Below, in pieces: positions 41,021-53,175 of a stretch of 64,000 nt of DNA. This stretch comes from Adineta vaga (Eukaryota; Animalia; Rotifera): contig CP075492.1 in the NCBI GenBank assembly GCA_021613535.1, positions 5,022,001-5,086,000 of the forward strand, in the 5' to 3' direction. The position numbers and the translations under genes are program-made. Numbering within the stretch: the stretch's first letter is position 1; every line of letters begins with the position of its first letter. The notes under the pieces are model-generated. The model did no database searches. It had not been told where the DNA came from and saw only the letters and a list, made by a program, of their open reading frames with translations.

Positions 41021-41631
41021 ATGTTTGGTTTTATACTATTCAACTATCTACCCTTTTCTATTTATGATCAATATGAAAGAAAAATATATTGAAGTCTATC
41101 TGATGTACAACACTATCCTTTAAATCGAGATAAATATGTTGTTTTTCTCGTTTTTGCAGATAAATATCTACACTTTACTAATCGTATAGTAAATAAGGTT
41201 CCTTTTCGCATATAGAATCGTATCATTTTACTATAAAAACTTGTCTCTACTATAGGATTAGATATATATAGTTTATACGAAAAATATTTTCTCTCAATAA
41301 AATTTATTTTTGAATTCTATATATTTCATCAACGCATAGCGTATAAATTCTTCGGAGACAATTCACTCTGATATCATATTTTTATTGTGAATCAACAGAA
41401 TATGTAGGTTGCAAAGAATTTGCGTGGTATTTATGTATTTCGTGATTTTCAAAATAGATTACTCATGTACAGAAAAGAGAACAATCATCTTTTTAAAAGC
41501 CGGTATATTCTTTATTCGGTAATATGATCTATCTACCAAATAAATTCCCTCCTGTATCAAATTTTATCTATATAAAAGTCGTTGACATACTCATATCCAT
41601 CAGTTACAATTATACTTATTATTACACGAAA

Positions 41632-43671
41632 ATGAACTTTTTCCTACTCACATTTGTGGTATCATATTATCCGTAGTTAATGGGCAACAATGTTCTGCAA
41701 GATTCAATCAGTCCATTATTGGCCTATGTTCATCGGTGAATAATTGCACTGGAACTCTGTTAACTTCAGATTCATGTGGTAGACAACTATGTTGTATTCC
41801 TACTAGATTACTATCAGCCCCAGGAACTTGTCTCAGAGAATATCAGTTTGATGATTTCTATAACAATACACCACGAATACGAACGCTTCGAAATATCCTC
41901 AATTATGGCATGTATACTGCTCATATATGCGACAATTGTCAAGCGAAAGCTGCGTTTCTAGCGATAGCAGCAACAATGACAAAAAACTTTTCAATAGATG
42001 AACGATCTGCTAGTGATGTTCAATTTGCTGCTGATGATAATAAATATGGAAATAGAGAGAAAGGTGATGGATCACGTTTTCGTCGCCGTGGTTTCTTTGG
42101 TCTTCGTGGAAGAACAATGTACGAACGATCAAAACAAAATTTAAACAATACAGAATCTGCTGCTCTTGTTGAAAATGCTATAGTTATTGCTGCAAAACTG
42201 TGGCAAAATCCAAATTTTATAAATGGTAATTAAAAGAAAAAGCTATTTCAAATCTATTTCATTTTTCTCCTATACTTTATGATAGAATCGTCTTTAACAC
42301 ATCATAGTGATGGATCATTCTACAAATTCTCCATGCTGTGGTAAGAAGAACTTTTATACATGATACATATCCTTTTCTTCCAATTTCTAAAGGTATAAAT
42401 TCAATGGAGATATGAAAGAACTTGCAATTGCTACGAAATATTATCAAACATTTCTTCGGCGATTTAAATGCGGTAGTGATCTATATCAAGGCGAAGGAGC
42501 AAAATGTGAATATAATAAGACTCATTCAGGCACCTGTTCGCCTGAATGTATCAAAGGTTTAGAAGATTCAAGTTCGTTTTGTGGATGCAGTGGTCCAAAA
42601 GGTCCACAATGTCCCGGTAGTCCAAAACACATTCGTTGTTGTTTAGATACATGCGCACAAGAATTAAAACTCGATCTTGGATTTGTTCTTGATGCTAGTG
42701 GTAGCATAGGTAAAGAGAATTATGAATTACAATTAAATTTCACAAAACAGTTACTTCAACAAGTAAATGTCGGTCCCAATAAAACTCATGTGGGTATTAT
42801 TAACTATTCTACTGATCGTGAGACACTAACATGGCTGAATAGAGACTATGGATTGACTGATAAACTTCGTCGTGTAGACAATGCAACATATTACGGAGAC
42901 GGTACGGACACTGCCCGTGCTCTTAAACAAGCACTTTCTGTTTTCTCATATGCACAAGGTCGTCGACAACCAGAAGAAGGCGTTACTCTAGTGATATTCG
43001 TTGTTACTGATGGTGAAAGTAATAATCAAAGCGAAACAATTCGAGCAGCAAATGAGTTAAAACGACAAGATATCACTTTGGTTAGTGTTGGTGTTGGTAA
43101 TGCACCGAATCGTGAAGAATTACTTGGTATTTGTTCATTACCAATCGATGAAAATTATTTTGCCATATCAGATTATCAAGCTCTTCTACAAAAATTGAAT
43201 CAATTCAAATCTAAAACTTGTTCTGAACCAGTAATAATTCCATCAAATACAACGATTACAGATGAAATTCAAAAAGATAAATATAAATTTTTAAAAATTA
43301 AAATTATATTTCTTGGAAACAAAACTTTAATTACAGTAACATTATTGAGAGGTAATGTGAAATTATTTTATTCATTTACAAATCGAAATCCAAAAGATCC
43401 AGCGGACTTTTTTGATTATGAAATAGAAACAAGAGATCGATCGATGACAAGAACTATTCCTAAAAAGAATAACGAAGTAACAATGGTCATTGATAAACCA
43501 GATGGAACATCCGAAGATTACGCTTATATCGGTATTAAAGGTTTAGAAGATAATAATCAATTTAAAGTACAGTTTGAGGATTGTGCAAAGGTGAACTGTC
43601 CCGCATCAAATGCAATGATGATAAAATTCAGTATTATCATGACTATTCTTTGCGGCTTGTTCGTATTATGA
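41632..43671 (+). CDS. Surface protein: Cys-rich + GH19-like + Cys-rich + VWA + beta domain + GPI-like tail
   Basis: KAAFLA...YGN.EKGDG.RFRRRGFFGLRGR..Y (GH19-like), CPG.PKHIRCC, DLGFVLDASGS...T...VTDG (intact MIDAS) and a hydrophobic C-terminus. Two short introns; frameshift in the signal region near 41660. Confidence 0.75.
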
Positions 43672-43928
43672 ATAAACTATAGCAAAAATACTATTTTATT
43701 CTTATGCATAATCGGATTCTTGCTTACATAAATTTAACCTGATTTATTATTCAATAAAAAAAGACTTTTATTAAAAGAGATGCAAAAATATGTTGAGGAT
43801 GGGTGTGGGTGTGCGTTTGGAATAAACAGAGAAGCAATACGCCCACACTCGCATGTTTATTATTTCTATATAGTTGATGTGAGTTTGAATTCCTTCTTCT
43901 TCATTCATTTTAATGTGAAAGATATAGA

Positions 43929-44286
43929 TTAATATAGTCCGTTGTCACACAGATGAAATAAGAAATACAAAAATCCACCAATATGAAGTATAACTATAAT
44001 CCAATAAATGATTTGAAAACGACGTTTACTTTTTTTATGTCGAAATAAATGCTGAGCAATGAAAGCGGCTGGCCATCCACCAAGAAAACTGAGTGAATGA
44101 AGAGTGAACTCCATAATACGCCACCAACCATTGATGACAGCGATCTTATCCCATCCATATAATAGAAAAGTATAATGATATTTATTGTAAATAAATAGAT
44201 TAACGTCAAAGGTTTCAGTTGTTCACTATAGCACAAAATTGAATCAAAATGGCAATTGTGATACAGACCAGGATTGCTTGGATCAT
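43929..44286 (-). CDS. DUF1294-family small membrane protein, bacterial-like
   Basis: LYGWDK..A...WRI.E.TLH.LS.LGGWPAA..AQ..FRHK..K..F. The 5' part needs two frameshifts to join. Confidence 0.75.
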
Positions 44287-44742
44287 GTTTTGTCAAGTCT
44301 ATAATGATAGAGAAATTAATTTAATAGATGATTTAAATCAAAACTTACTGGTTTTGTGTGTAAAAGTAACATACAATAACGAAATTTAAGTGACGAATAC
44401 TCAAATTTTTCTTTCAATGAATACTAAAAATCGATGGAATAATGTAAGTATGAAATTGAAAAGAGCCATAGTTCTTCAGAATTTCTTTTAGAAAATATTT
44501 TGACCGTATTCTCTTCGACTTGAGTTTCATCCTCAAGATGGCCTGCATTCTGAATATAGTGAGATCTAATAAATGAATTTCTTGATCAGAATCTTTGTCA
44601 GATGTGTATTTTGTCCATTTAGTGTTTCTGATGTCTTTCGGCTACATATACTGGAATGAAAAAATGTGATCATAATTTCTTTCTTTCTTTCTTCTCTTTT
44701 GTGCGATTTATTTTTGCATTTTCACATCAGCAAATACATCAC

Positions 44743-46242
44743 ATGGCAACAGCAACTACCAAAACATATTGTATAACTTGTAATAAAGAAAAAGTGACAT
44801 ATAAATGTGGAGGATGTTCACAAGAGTTCTGTTATAAACATCTTGGCGATCATCAATTAGAACTAAGTAAACAATTTGATGAAATTGAAGTAAATCGTGA
44901 TCTCTTTCGACAAGCATTAACAGACTATATTGAACAATCAGATAATCATCAATTAATTGAACAAATTGATCGATGGGTACAACAATCCATCACAATTATT
45001 CAACAAACAGCCGAACAAACGAAACAAATATTAATTGAAACAAAAACTCAATATTTTCAAGAACTTGAAATGAAATTAAGTAAATTAACAGATCAATTAC
45101 GAAATAAACGACAAGAGAATGATTTTAATGAATTAAGTTTACATCATTTTCAAGAAGAACTCAATCAGCTAACGAAAGAACTTGCTGAATCATTGACAAT
45201 AACAATTGAAGAAGAATCGACTTCATTTATAAGTCGAATTTTTGTTGATACATCTGGTAAGATTAGCGTTCCGTATGTGCATGGAAATTTCGTACATGTA
45301 TAGATTGTTATAGGATTGTCATTATTTGATTCGGATATTGATAATAAAAATTGGGAAACACATAGTGGTTTGACAGTCGCTGGTGGAAATGGAATGGGTG
45401 ATGGATCGAATCAGTTTTTTCGACCAGTTGGCATCTTTGTTGATGAAGAAGAAACTGTCTATGTAGCTGATAATGAAAATCATCGTATTATAGAATGGAA
45501 ATCTGGTTCAAATACGGGTAAAATAGTAGCTGGTGGAAATGGACAAGGAAAGAAAACGAATCAATTAAATAGTCCAACGGATGTTATTGTTGATAAGGAT
45601 GGAACTCATTTGATTATTTGTGATCTGGGAAATAAACGAGTGATACGTTGGCCACGTCAGAATGGAGAAAATGGACAGATAATTATTTCAAATATTGATT
45701 GTTGTCGGATAACAATTGATAAAGAAGGATATTTTTATATATCTGATCGAGAGAAACATGAAGTTAAACGATGGAAAATGAATGATGCAAATGGACGAAT
45801 AGTAGCCGGTGGTAATGGGAAAGGCGATCGATTGGATCAGTTGAATAATCCAACATTTATTTTTGTCGATGGAGATCATTCTGTTTATGTATCCGATTGG
45901 GGAAATCATCGAATCGTTAAATGGACTGATGGTGCAAACGAAGGCATCGTCGTTGCAGGTGGCCACGGCAAAGGAAATAGTCTCATGCAATTAGCAAATC
46001 CTCAAGGTGTAGTTGTTGATGATATTGGTAGCGTTTTCGTAGCTGACTTTACGAATAATAGAATAATGTGTTGGTGTAAAGATGCAGTGCATGGAAATGT
46101 TGTTGTTGGAAGATATGGACAAGGTGATGAAGCAGATCAACTTAGTCGACCGATGGGTTTATCATTAAATCAACAAGGAGATCTCTATGTTGTTGACCAA
46201 TGGAATGCTCGAGTACAAAGATTCGATTTCGATCGAAAGTGA
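44743..46242 (+). CDS. B-box-like zinc finger + coiled coil + NHL repeat protein
   Basis: C..C......C.GC...FC..H..DH, a coiled coil, an intron after 45256, then six NHL repeats. Confidence 0.85.
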
Positions 46243-46369
46243 AATTTTACCTAAAACAAAGAATTTCATTTAATTTTCTTGATTAGTTGTTTGATATAGA
46301 TTTCATTAAAAAAAATGAATACATAAAAGTAATCTATTAATTAAATTAATAATATTTTTAATCCATGAT

Positions 46370-46790
46370 TTATACGCTGAGGGTCAGAATCCATTGACCA
46401 TTTGATTGATACATGAGTGATCCACCAGAATCTCCTCTACACGTACTAAAACCGTTTATGAAATCAGATGCACAGAATAAAAACTTAACGATAATAAATG
46501 ACAGAATAAGTCTTACTTTGTTTGGTTTTATCTAGCTTATTTCTCCAGAATCTTTTACAATTATCCACTATTTTCACGATCGCTCGTGTTAATTGATGAT
46601 AACCTGTACCACTCATACGTTCTGAACCGGAACCGCTGACTATAACACGCGTATCATCCTGAGGATTGAGTCTAGATAAGCAAGGAACTTGTACATATCT
46701 ATTAAGTTGTACTGGCAAAGATAAATGTAGGTTAGCAATATCATTTGCCCTAGTTTTATTGTTATATTCAGGATGAATAACGATAGGTAT
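46370..46790 (-). pseudogene. C-terminal fragment of a trypsin-like (S1) serine protease
   Basis: IHPEYN....NDIA.L.L..PV....YVQVPCL and, after an intron, C.GDSGG.LMY. No His-motif exon is visible and there is an early stop. Confidence 0.7.
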
Positions 46791-47355
46791 TAGTATGAAA
46801 AACGATCAAATTTCAAGAATGAATGAGAATTATATTCTGACGAAAGTTAATGACGCATACTTTTTTGGAAGCGAATTTGCAATGAGTGGAACATACCGGT
46901 TTATCTTCCTTAGTATTAATATTTTTTATTCTCATCTATTATAATATTTGATAAACAAATGTCTCTCTCAGAGTTTGAAAGTCATTTCAAAACTTAAAAC
47001 AGTCATATGATTTAAAAATTCATGGAAAAAACCTTTGTGAAAACCTCAATATTTTGTCGTATGAATACTATATGACTGATCTCTTGGTCAAGTTGAAGTT
47101 TTTTTCGACATTTAAATTTTGTTTTCAATTATATTTTGATGAATTTTTCTTTTATCTGAAGTATTTAAGAAAAAAGCTATTATTGAGAGTAGAAATACTC
47201 TGTCACACTTACTAGTGAAAATGCACTTTGGTTCTTGTCTCTCTATATCAATAAGTGCTTTTAGAAGAAAAATGAAATAGTCACTTCAGTATAGAAAAAA
47301 CTTTCAGGACGAATAGATAAAAACATTAAAATCTAGAGCACATTCATTTGTTACC

Positions 47356-48763
47356 ATGATCCAAACAAGACTATTTTTTCTTATTTTTTTCTATACAATA
47401 TTTCCTTCGAACTTGAGCATTTTAATAAGAAAATTATCGTATCAAATATATGTTCCATCAATTGAAAATAGTACTCAACCAACACTATTGAATTACTCGA
47501 ATAATTGTGAAGAATGTTTGTGTTATGGTATTAGTTCAACGATCACAACTTTTTTTGCAGTTAACTGTCTAATCGATGCACATCTATGTATGTTTTATTT
47601 CAATCAGAATATCAGTTATTCACTTCAATGGAATGCAACAAGTCATTTGTATATTTTCGGTGAATCATCGGCGCTAACAACGGAGAGAATGTCAACAGTA
47701 GCAAGTGAGTTACTAAAAAAAAGAATCGACATCATTCATTTCTCTCTTTAGCGACAAGTTTTTCTACTAGTTGGAACCCAATAGCTTTAACAGTAGCTGG
47801 TATAACGGGTATACAAGGTATTGCAGCAAATGTATTCAATCATCCATTTTGTTTGGCACTAGATTCATCGAATACACTCTATGTTACTGATCAACCTAAT
47901 CAACGCGTTCAGAAATGGATGGCAAATGCAACAACTGGTATTACTGTAGCAGGACAAACGAATGGAACGATGGGTTCTTCATTAGGACACTTAATTTATC
48001 CTTCTGATTTAGTATTAGATTCCAATGGAAACATATATATTGCAGATGCAGGCAATCATCGAGTGGTACTGTGGAGAAAAAATGCATCCGTAGGTATATT
48101 GGTTGCGGGTAATGGTAAGTAATCTAATCGTAAATGAATTTATAATCTATCGCTACAAAAAAAAACTTTTCTGCAGGTACAAATGGTAGTGCAAATAATC
48201 AGTTATCCAGTCCATTTGGTATAGAAATTGATTTAAATGTCGATACACTCTACATTGCAGACACTGAAAATCATCGTGTCGTGCAATACTTATCAGGTGC
48301 ATCATCTGGAACTGTAGTTGCTGGTGGTTATGGTGCAGGAACGGCTAATACACAATTATATAATCCTAGAGGCCTCTGTTTTGATTCCTCAACCAACAGT
48401 TTATTCATTGCAAATAATTATGCTCATAACATCGTTCGATGGGTAATAGGTGACAACACATGGACATTAGTGGCAGGAAGTGGTAGTGGTTCCATTGGGA
48501 TTACATCAACAATGTTAAACTATCCTACAGATGTTACATTTGATTCAATGCGTAATATGTATGTATCGGATGAAGGAAATCATCGTATTCAATTCTATTT
48601 AGCTGGTCAATCGACTGGAACAACTGTTGCTGGCGTTACAGGGACGTCGGGTAGTACGTCTGACTTGCTGTATACTCCATCTTCAATACGTGTTGACAGT
48701 CAATTTAATATATACGTAGTCGACTACAATAATTATCGCGTCCAAAAGTTTTTACATAACTGA
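47356..48763 (+). CDS. Secreted apple-like + NHL repeat protein
   Basis: Signal peptide, CEECLC...NC...C.F module, two introns and NHL repeats. Confidence 0.85.
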
Positions 48764-49957
48764 ATGAATGAATATCAATCATAACTTTCTCTGTCTTTTA
48801 TTCTGTATTGACGTTCATAATATGACACAGAGTTCAAGCAATTAAATTGGCATTTCTATGTTTTTTCATCAATTTGCATGCAAATATTCGGTTCGATCTT
48901 TATGTTACAAGTAGTGACGTTGCAGGAAAATGATGGATTTATTGAAGGCAGACATCCAATAAAGTTATTTTGTTTTGATTTACTAATTGCACAGAAATGT
49001 CATAAAATGTAACAACATTTCTATTATTCTTTAATAAATACAAATATCTAACTATTCAATTTATCAATGCCTGCAGCCGAATTGTCAAGTTATATTATAT
49101 GGTAATACGTAGTTTAAAAGAAAATTGATATAGAAAAAAGGTATTATGATACTGCAGATGTGAAGTCACAAGATGCAACAAATGTTATCTAAATTGCTAA
49201 TATCCGTTAAAAGTAAACATATAAAAATATCATACATTCAATGAAGCAATTGTTCTGAATAAAATCTTCGTTAAAAAGTTCGTATTTTTTCGTACGAAAT
49301 CATTGTAAAGTTACTTTCATATAACATGCTGTCGAGTGTCTTATTATTTTTACATGAAATGTAATTATGCTTTTACCTTCACATGTGTTTTAGTTTCTTT
49401 TCTAAATTTGTTAAATGCTTAACATGAAAGGATTACAACATGTAATATTATTTCACAATTATTCATATAATTGTTTCTTACTTTCTTTCTAAACATTTAT
49501 GACTATACGTTGAGGAGAACTTCGCATAATTGATTTTGATTATTCATATGCATGCATTTCTCTTGCTTTTTCAAAGCATTGTATATACTTTTTTTTCAGT
49601 CACCTATGATTGATTATTGATAGACTGTTTTTGATGTATGAGAAAGACTCTGAATTCTTCTATAATGTCTTGTTTATTCATACTTTTACTCAATGTCATG
49701 TCAGTCTTCAATGCACATATATAAAAATCGATACATTCTGAAAAAATTTAAAAGATTCCTAGGGAGTGAAACTATACGTTTTATTTTTCAAACACTTTGA
49801 CGTCTTAAATTTCTCGGGCACAATTGTTTTTCTTTCAAATAACAAATTATTGCGTGTCTACGTTTAACATATTTTTTCATAGAAATGTGGCAGGTGAAAT
49901 TCAGAATCGGATGAAATAGATCATTGACAATTATGATCTTGCTCTTGATTTATTCAG

Positions 49958-51547
49958 ATGGTTCATTTTAGATTCAATTCTATAGATAATTCGACGTCGA
50001 AATGTCACGATCATCAGGTATTAAATTTAGTCTATTCAAAGATTTGTTTGATGATTATACTTTCTATGATTTATAGTAATTCAAAATCGAAATACGACCA
50101 ACAATACATTATCATTTACATCGTTAATACAATCGGATCGTACTATTCAGGTTTATGTTCGTCTTGTATTTCTTCGAATAGGTAATTGAAATAATTACAA
50201 TGGAATTCTGTCTACTATAGTATTTCATAGGTGAAATCGATACATTAAATGAAAAATATCAAGCTCATGCATCAATTGAATCACGTTGGATCGTTTCATT
50301 CGATCAATTCTCTTCGATCGAACAAGATCGTTTATTAAACGGCAAATCGCTTGTACTTGAAAAATACACGGAAACTCATTGGCATCCTCAACTTTACATT
50401 GAAAATGGTTTAGGTGATCTTAAAGAACAAATAAAATATAGTGCAAAATTAAATAAAATTGATAAAGAAATTTACATTTGTGAACATCGTATTGTAAAAG
50501 GATTATTTTGGGAAAAACTTGAATTATATCATTTTCCAACTGATGTACAAGATTTATCAATTTCAATAACATCTATGTTATTTCATGATAGAGTTCTTCT
50601 TCTTGCTGATCCATATTCTTTAAGTGGAATCAATCGAGAAGCATTTGTTGATCAACAAGAATGGTCATTGTATGAACATGTGAATACAGAACAACGATTT
50701 ATTAAAGATTTTCTTTTTCGTACTGGTGATGATGATGAAAATGAGAATGATGGAGATAATGAAACAATTCAAGGAAAAGAAGATCGAAAACGATCGGTAT
50801 TAACAGTAACTTGCCATGCTGGTTTGTATTTTTTTTTGAAAATGAATATGATTTCATTGTTTTTCTTGTTATCAAAGCACGTAAATCAACGTACTTCTAT
50901 TGGAATGGATATTTTCTTATTTTTATGATTACGTTCGTATCTTTTTGTACTTTTGGAATGCCTATGCAGTGAGTATTGTTTTCATTAAATTTCAATTCTA
51001 TAAATTTGTTCAGAGTTGCAATCAATCGACTTCAAGTATCATGTACACTTCTATTAACATCTGTGACATTTCGTTGGACAGTAAATAGATCTCTCGTAAG
51101 TATTAACTAATTATATTACAACTCATTTTATATTATACGTACAAATATTGTTTCATTTAGCCAACAGTTTCTTATCTAACATCATTGGATAAATATGGAA
51201 TAATATGTATGCTTATTCTTGTTTCTCATTCTATATGGCATGGAATGATTAGTACGATTACATGGGTGCGTACAACAGATTATCGTGCAGCAGGTGATCT
51301 ATGGATTTCATATGTAGATCATGTGGCATTTTATGTTTTTATGGGAATTTTTATTACCATACATATTATTCTGATTATTTGGTTCTTTTGTGTTCCATTC
51401 AGATATCGAAAAAAAATGCGACAAAATGATTATATCTATCGAGCACAAGTATTGGAAATAATGAAAAATAGAAGTAATCATGTGGTTAGAAAACAAATTC
51501 AAGAGTTCTCATCGACTGGTAATCATATCGTAATGAGCGAATTTTGA
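49958..51547 (+). CDS. Cys-less pentameric ligand-gated ion channel subunit
   Basis: GEIDT.NEKY, WHPQLYIEN, LELYHFPTDVQDL (Pro-loop with no Cys pair), RLQVSCTLLLTSVTF (M2) and LPTVSYLTSLDKY. Start codon uncertain. Confidence 0.8.
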
Positions 51548-51552
51548 AATGT

Positions 51553-52029
51553 TTAGCCTTTTGCACATCGAATTTTATATAAATGATTTTTTACTTGTCC
51601 CGTAGCCTGTGTTCCTGCATATGTTTGTTCATCTGTTTTAAAGGACATCCATCCTGACCATGATTTATATGGAATTTCTTCTAATAGTTTTTGACCAATC
51701 ATCCTTATTCTTTGTTCATCAACCGATGGACCACAGTAGAAAATAATCACACCTTGTGATGCATTACTAGCACGTTGATTAGGACGTCCTGTTGACACTT
51801 TCAGTGAATGAATACCAATCAATCTTCCAGCACGATATTTAGCTTTAGCATATTCCCACATTGTGTCTAATTGAGATAAATCGTAGAATTGCAACCATTT
51901 GCCATCTACCGACGGAGAATTTCTAGCGATTTCTTCATTGTATTCGAATAACCAGAATGAATCTGTAACCTCCGTAGGTTTTGGATTAGAATCGACATAA
52001 AGATCCACATCCATGTTCATGGAACTCAT
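51553..52029 (-). CDS. DUF1917/UPF0696 (Bles03/C11orf68-like) protein, complete copy
   Basis: GKWLQF...D..W, KVST, GVI.FY and FKTD.QT.AG motifs. Intronless, 158 aa. Confidence 0.65.
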   Translation of the reverse strand: MSSMNMDVDLYVDSNPKPTEVTDSFWLFEYNEEIARNSPSVDGKWLQFYDLSQLDTMWEYAKAKYRAGRLIGIHSLKVSTGRPNQRASNASQGVIIFYCGPSVDEQRIRMIGQKLLEEIPYKSWSGWMSFKTDEQTYAGTQATGQVKNHLYKIRCAKG

Positions 52030-52603
52030 TTTTGGTTAATCGAAATGAAATATATCTAAAACGATTCTTACTTATACATTTCGTCATACTTTTTTCACTT
52101 CGGTTGATCAATAGTAATGTGAAAATATATTTTACCTCCACATGTGTGTGAGAGAGAGAAAAGAAAAAGAAATCAATCCGTCTTATTCTACAGACGAGTA
52201 AACACATGTGACGCAGCTATTGATCGATTGCAAATGACGTCGGAATGAAAATATTTTCATTCTCTATTTTGACACGATAATAATTACAAATGACACATTT
52301 ACATAAATATTTTATTCACGCTCACGATTACCTTCTGTTCCTCTACTCATTTCATATGTTTCTTCATTCTTGTAGTTTTCAGTTCGAAAATGTTTTACTC
52401 GTCTTGCAATCCATTCCTGAGCTGTTAATATATGTTCATCATATAGTTCATCTTTACCATCATGTAAAAGACTCTTCATTTGAACATTATTTTGCGGTCG
52501 AGAAAAATAAATAATGCTATAACGATCTGTTGATTCAGTCAAATCAGACGTAGTTATCACACGATGAATATTTGATTTGAGAATACCTCCTGTAGGTTTC
52601 ACC
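51675..52603. repeat. ~930-bp direct duplication, copy 1 (copy 2 at 57692-58634)
   Basis: Near-identical sequence with scattered substitutions and small indels. Covers the oxygenase 3' end and the DUF1917 5' part. Confidence 0.95.
52312..52603 (-). pseudogene. 3' fragment of the 2OG-Fe(II) oxygenase gene
   Basis: TGGILKSNIHRV...RYSIIYFSRP matches the gene at 58344-59356. It is fused to Helitron sequence upstream. Confidence 0.85.
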
Positions 52604-52763
52604 GATTGCTTCCAGTAAGTGTGGGATACATTTTTTTCGAAACAAAGTAGACGTCGACCTTTCCCTGGATGTTGAGACCATTTCTGGAAGGTTTCATTGC
52701 ATTTACTTGTACGGTCTTCAAATGCATAGCGAACAGACAAACATTCTTCTTTATATGTATAGA
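52604..52763 (-). mobile_element. Helitron 5' end fragment (truncated)
   Basis: Minus strand reads A|TCTATACATATAAAGAAGAATGTTTGTCTGTTCGCTATGCATT, matching the 5' end at 57691. Confidence 0.7.
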
Positions 52764-53175
52764 TTTGTATAGAAATAGACACATAACACAAGAAGGAAAG
52801 AAAAAGTCAGTGTCCGGTAACGATGATACACAGATAAATAACCATTACAATACCCAATTAACACTTTAGTCAAAAAATTAGTTCAGTGATCACTTCCTAT
52901 ATAATTAGCTTTACAAAGTTTTTCAACGGATTTGATTGATGTAAATGAAGCAAATTACTAGCTTTTATATAACTAATCACCAAAACAGATATGTCTACAC
53001 AATGCAAGACGACACTAAATCGATTCAATGTCTATTGTTTGTTGAATGAGTGATGATCACATCATTATTATTAATGATTCAAGTTAACTACGTGAACCAT
53101 ATGATAAGATATATAAAAATGTATTAATATCATTCTATTTTAAAATTGAGTTGACTCTCGTAAAGAATTTCTCTT

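Noticed and set aside
43801-43851. GGGTGTGGGTGT...ACGCCCACACTC hairpin between convergent genes
   Set aside because: Short imperfect stem with no supporting family or terminator context.
52312-52791. 159-aa ORF as a new gene
   Set aside because: It is a chance read-through of Helitron sequence into the duplicated oxygenase 3' end.
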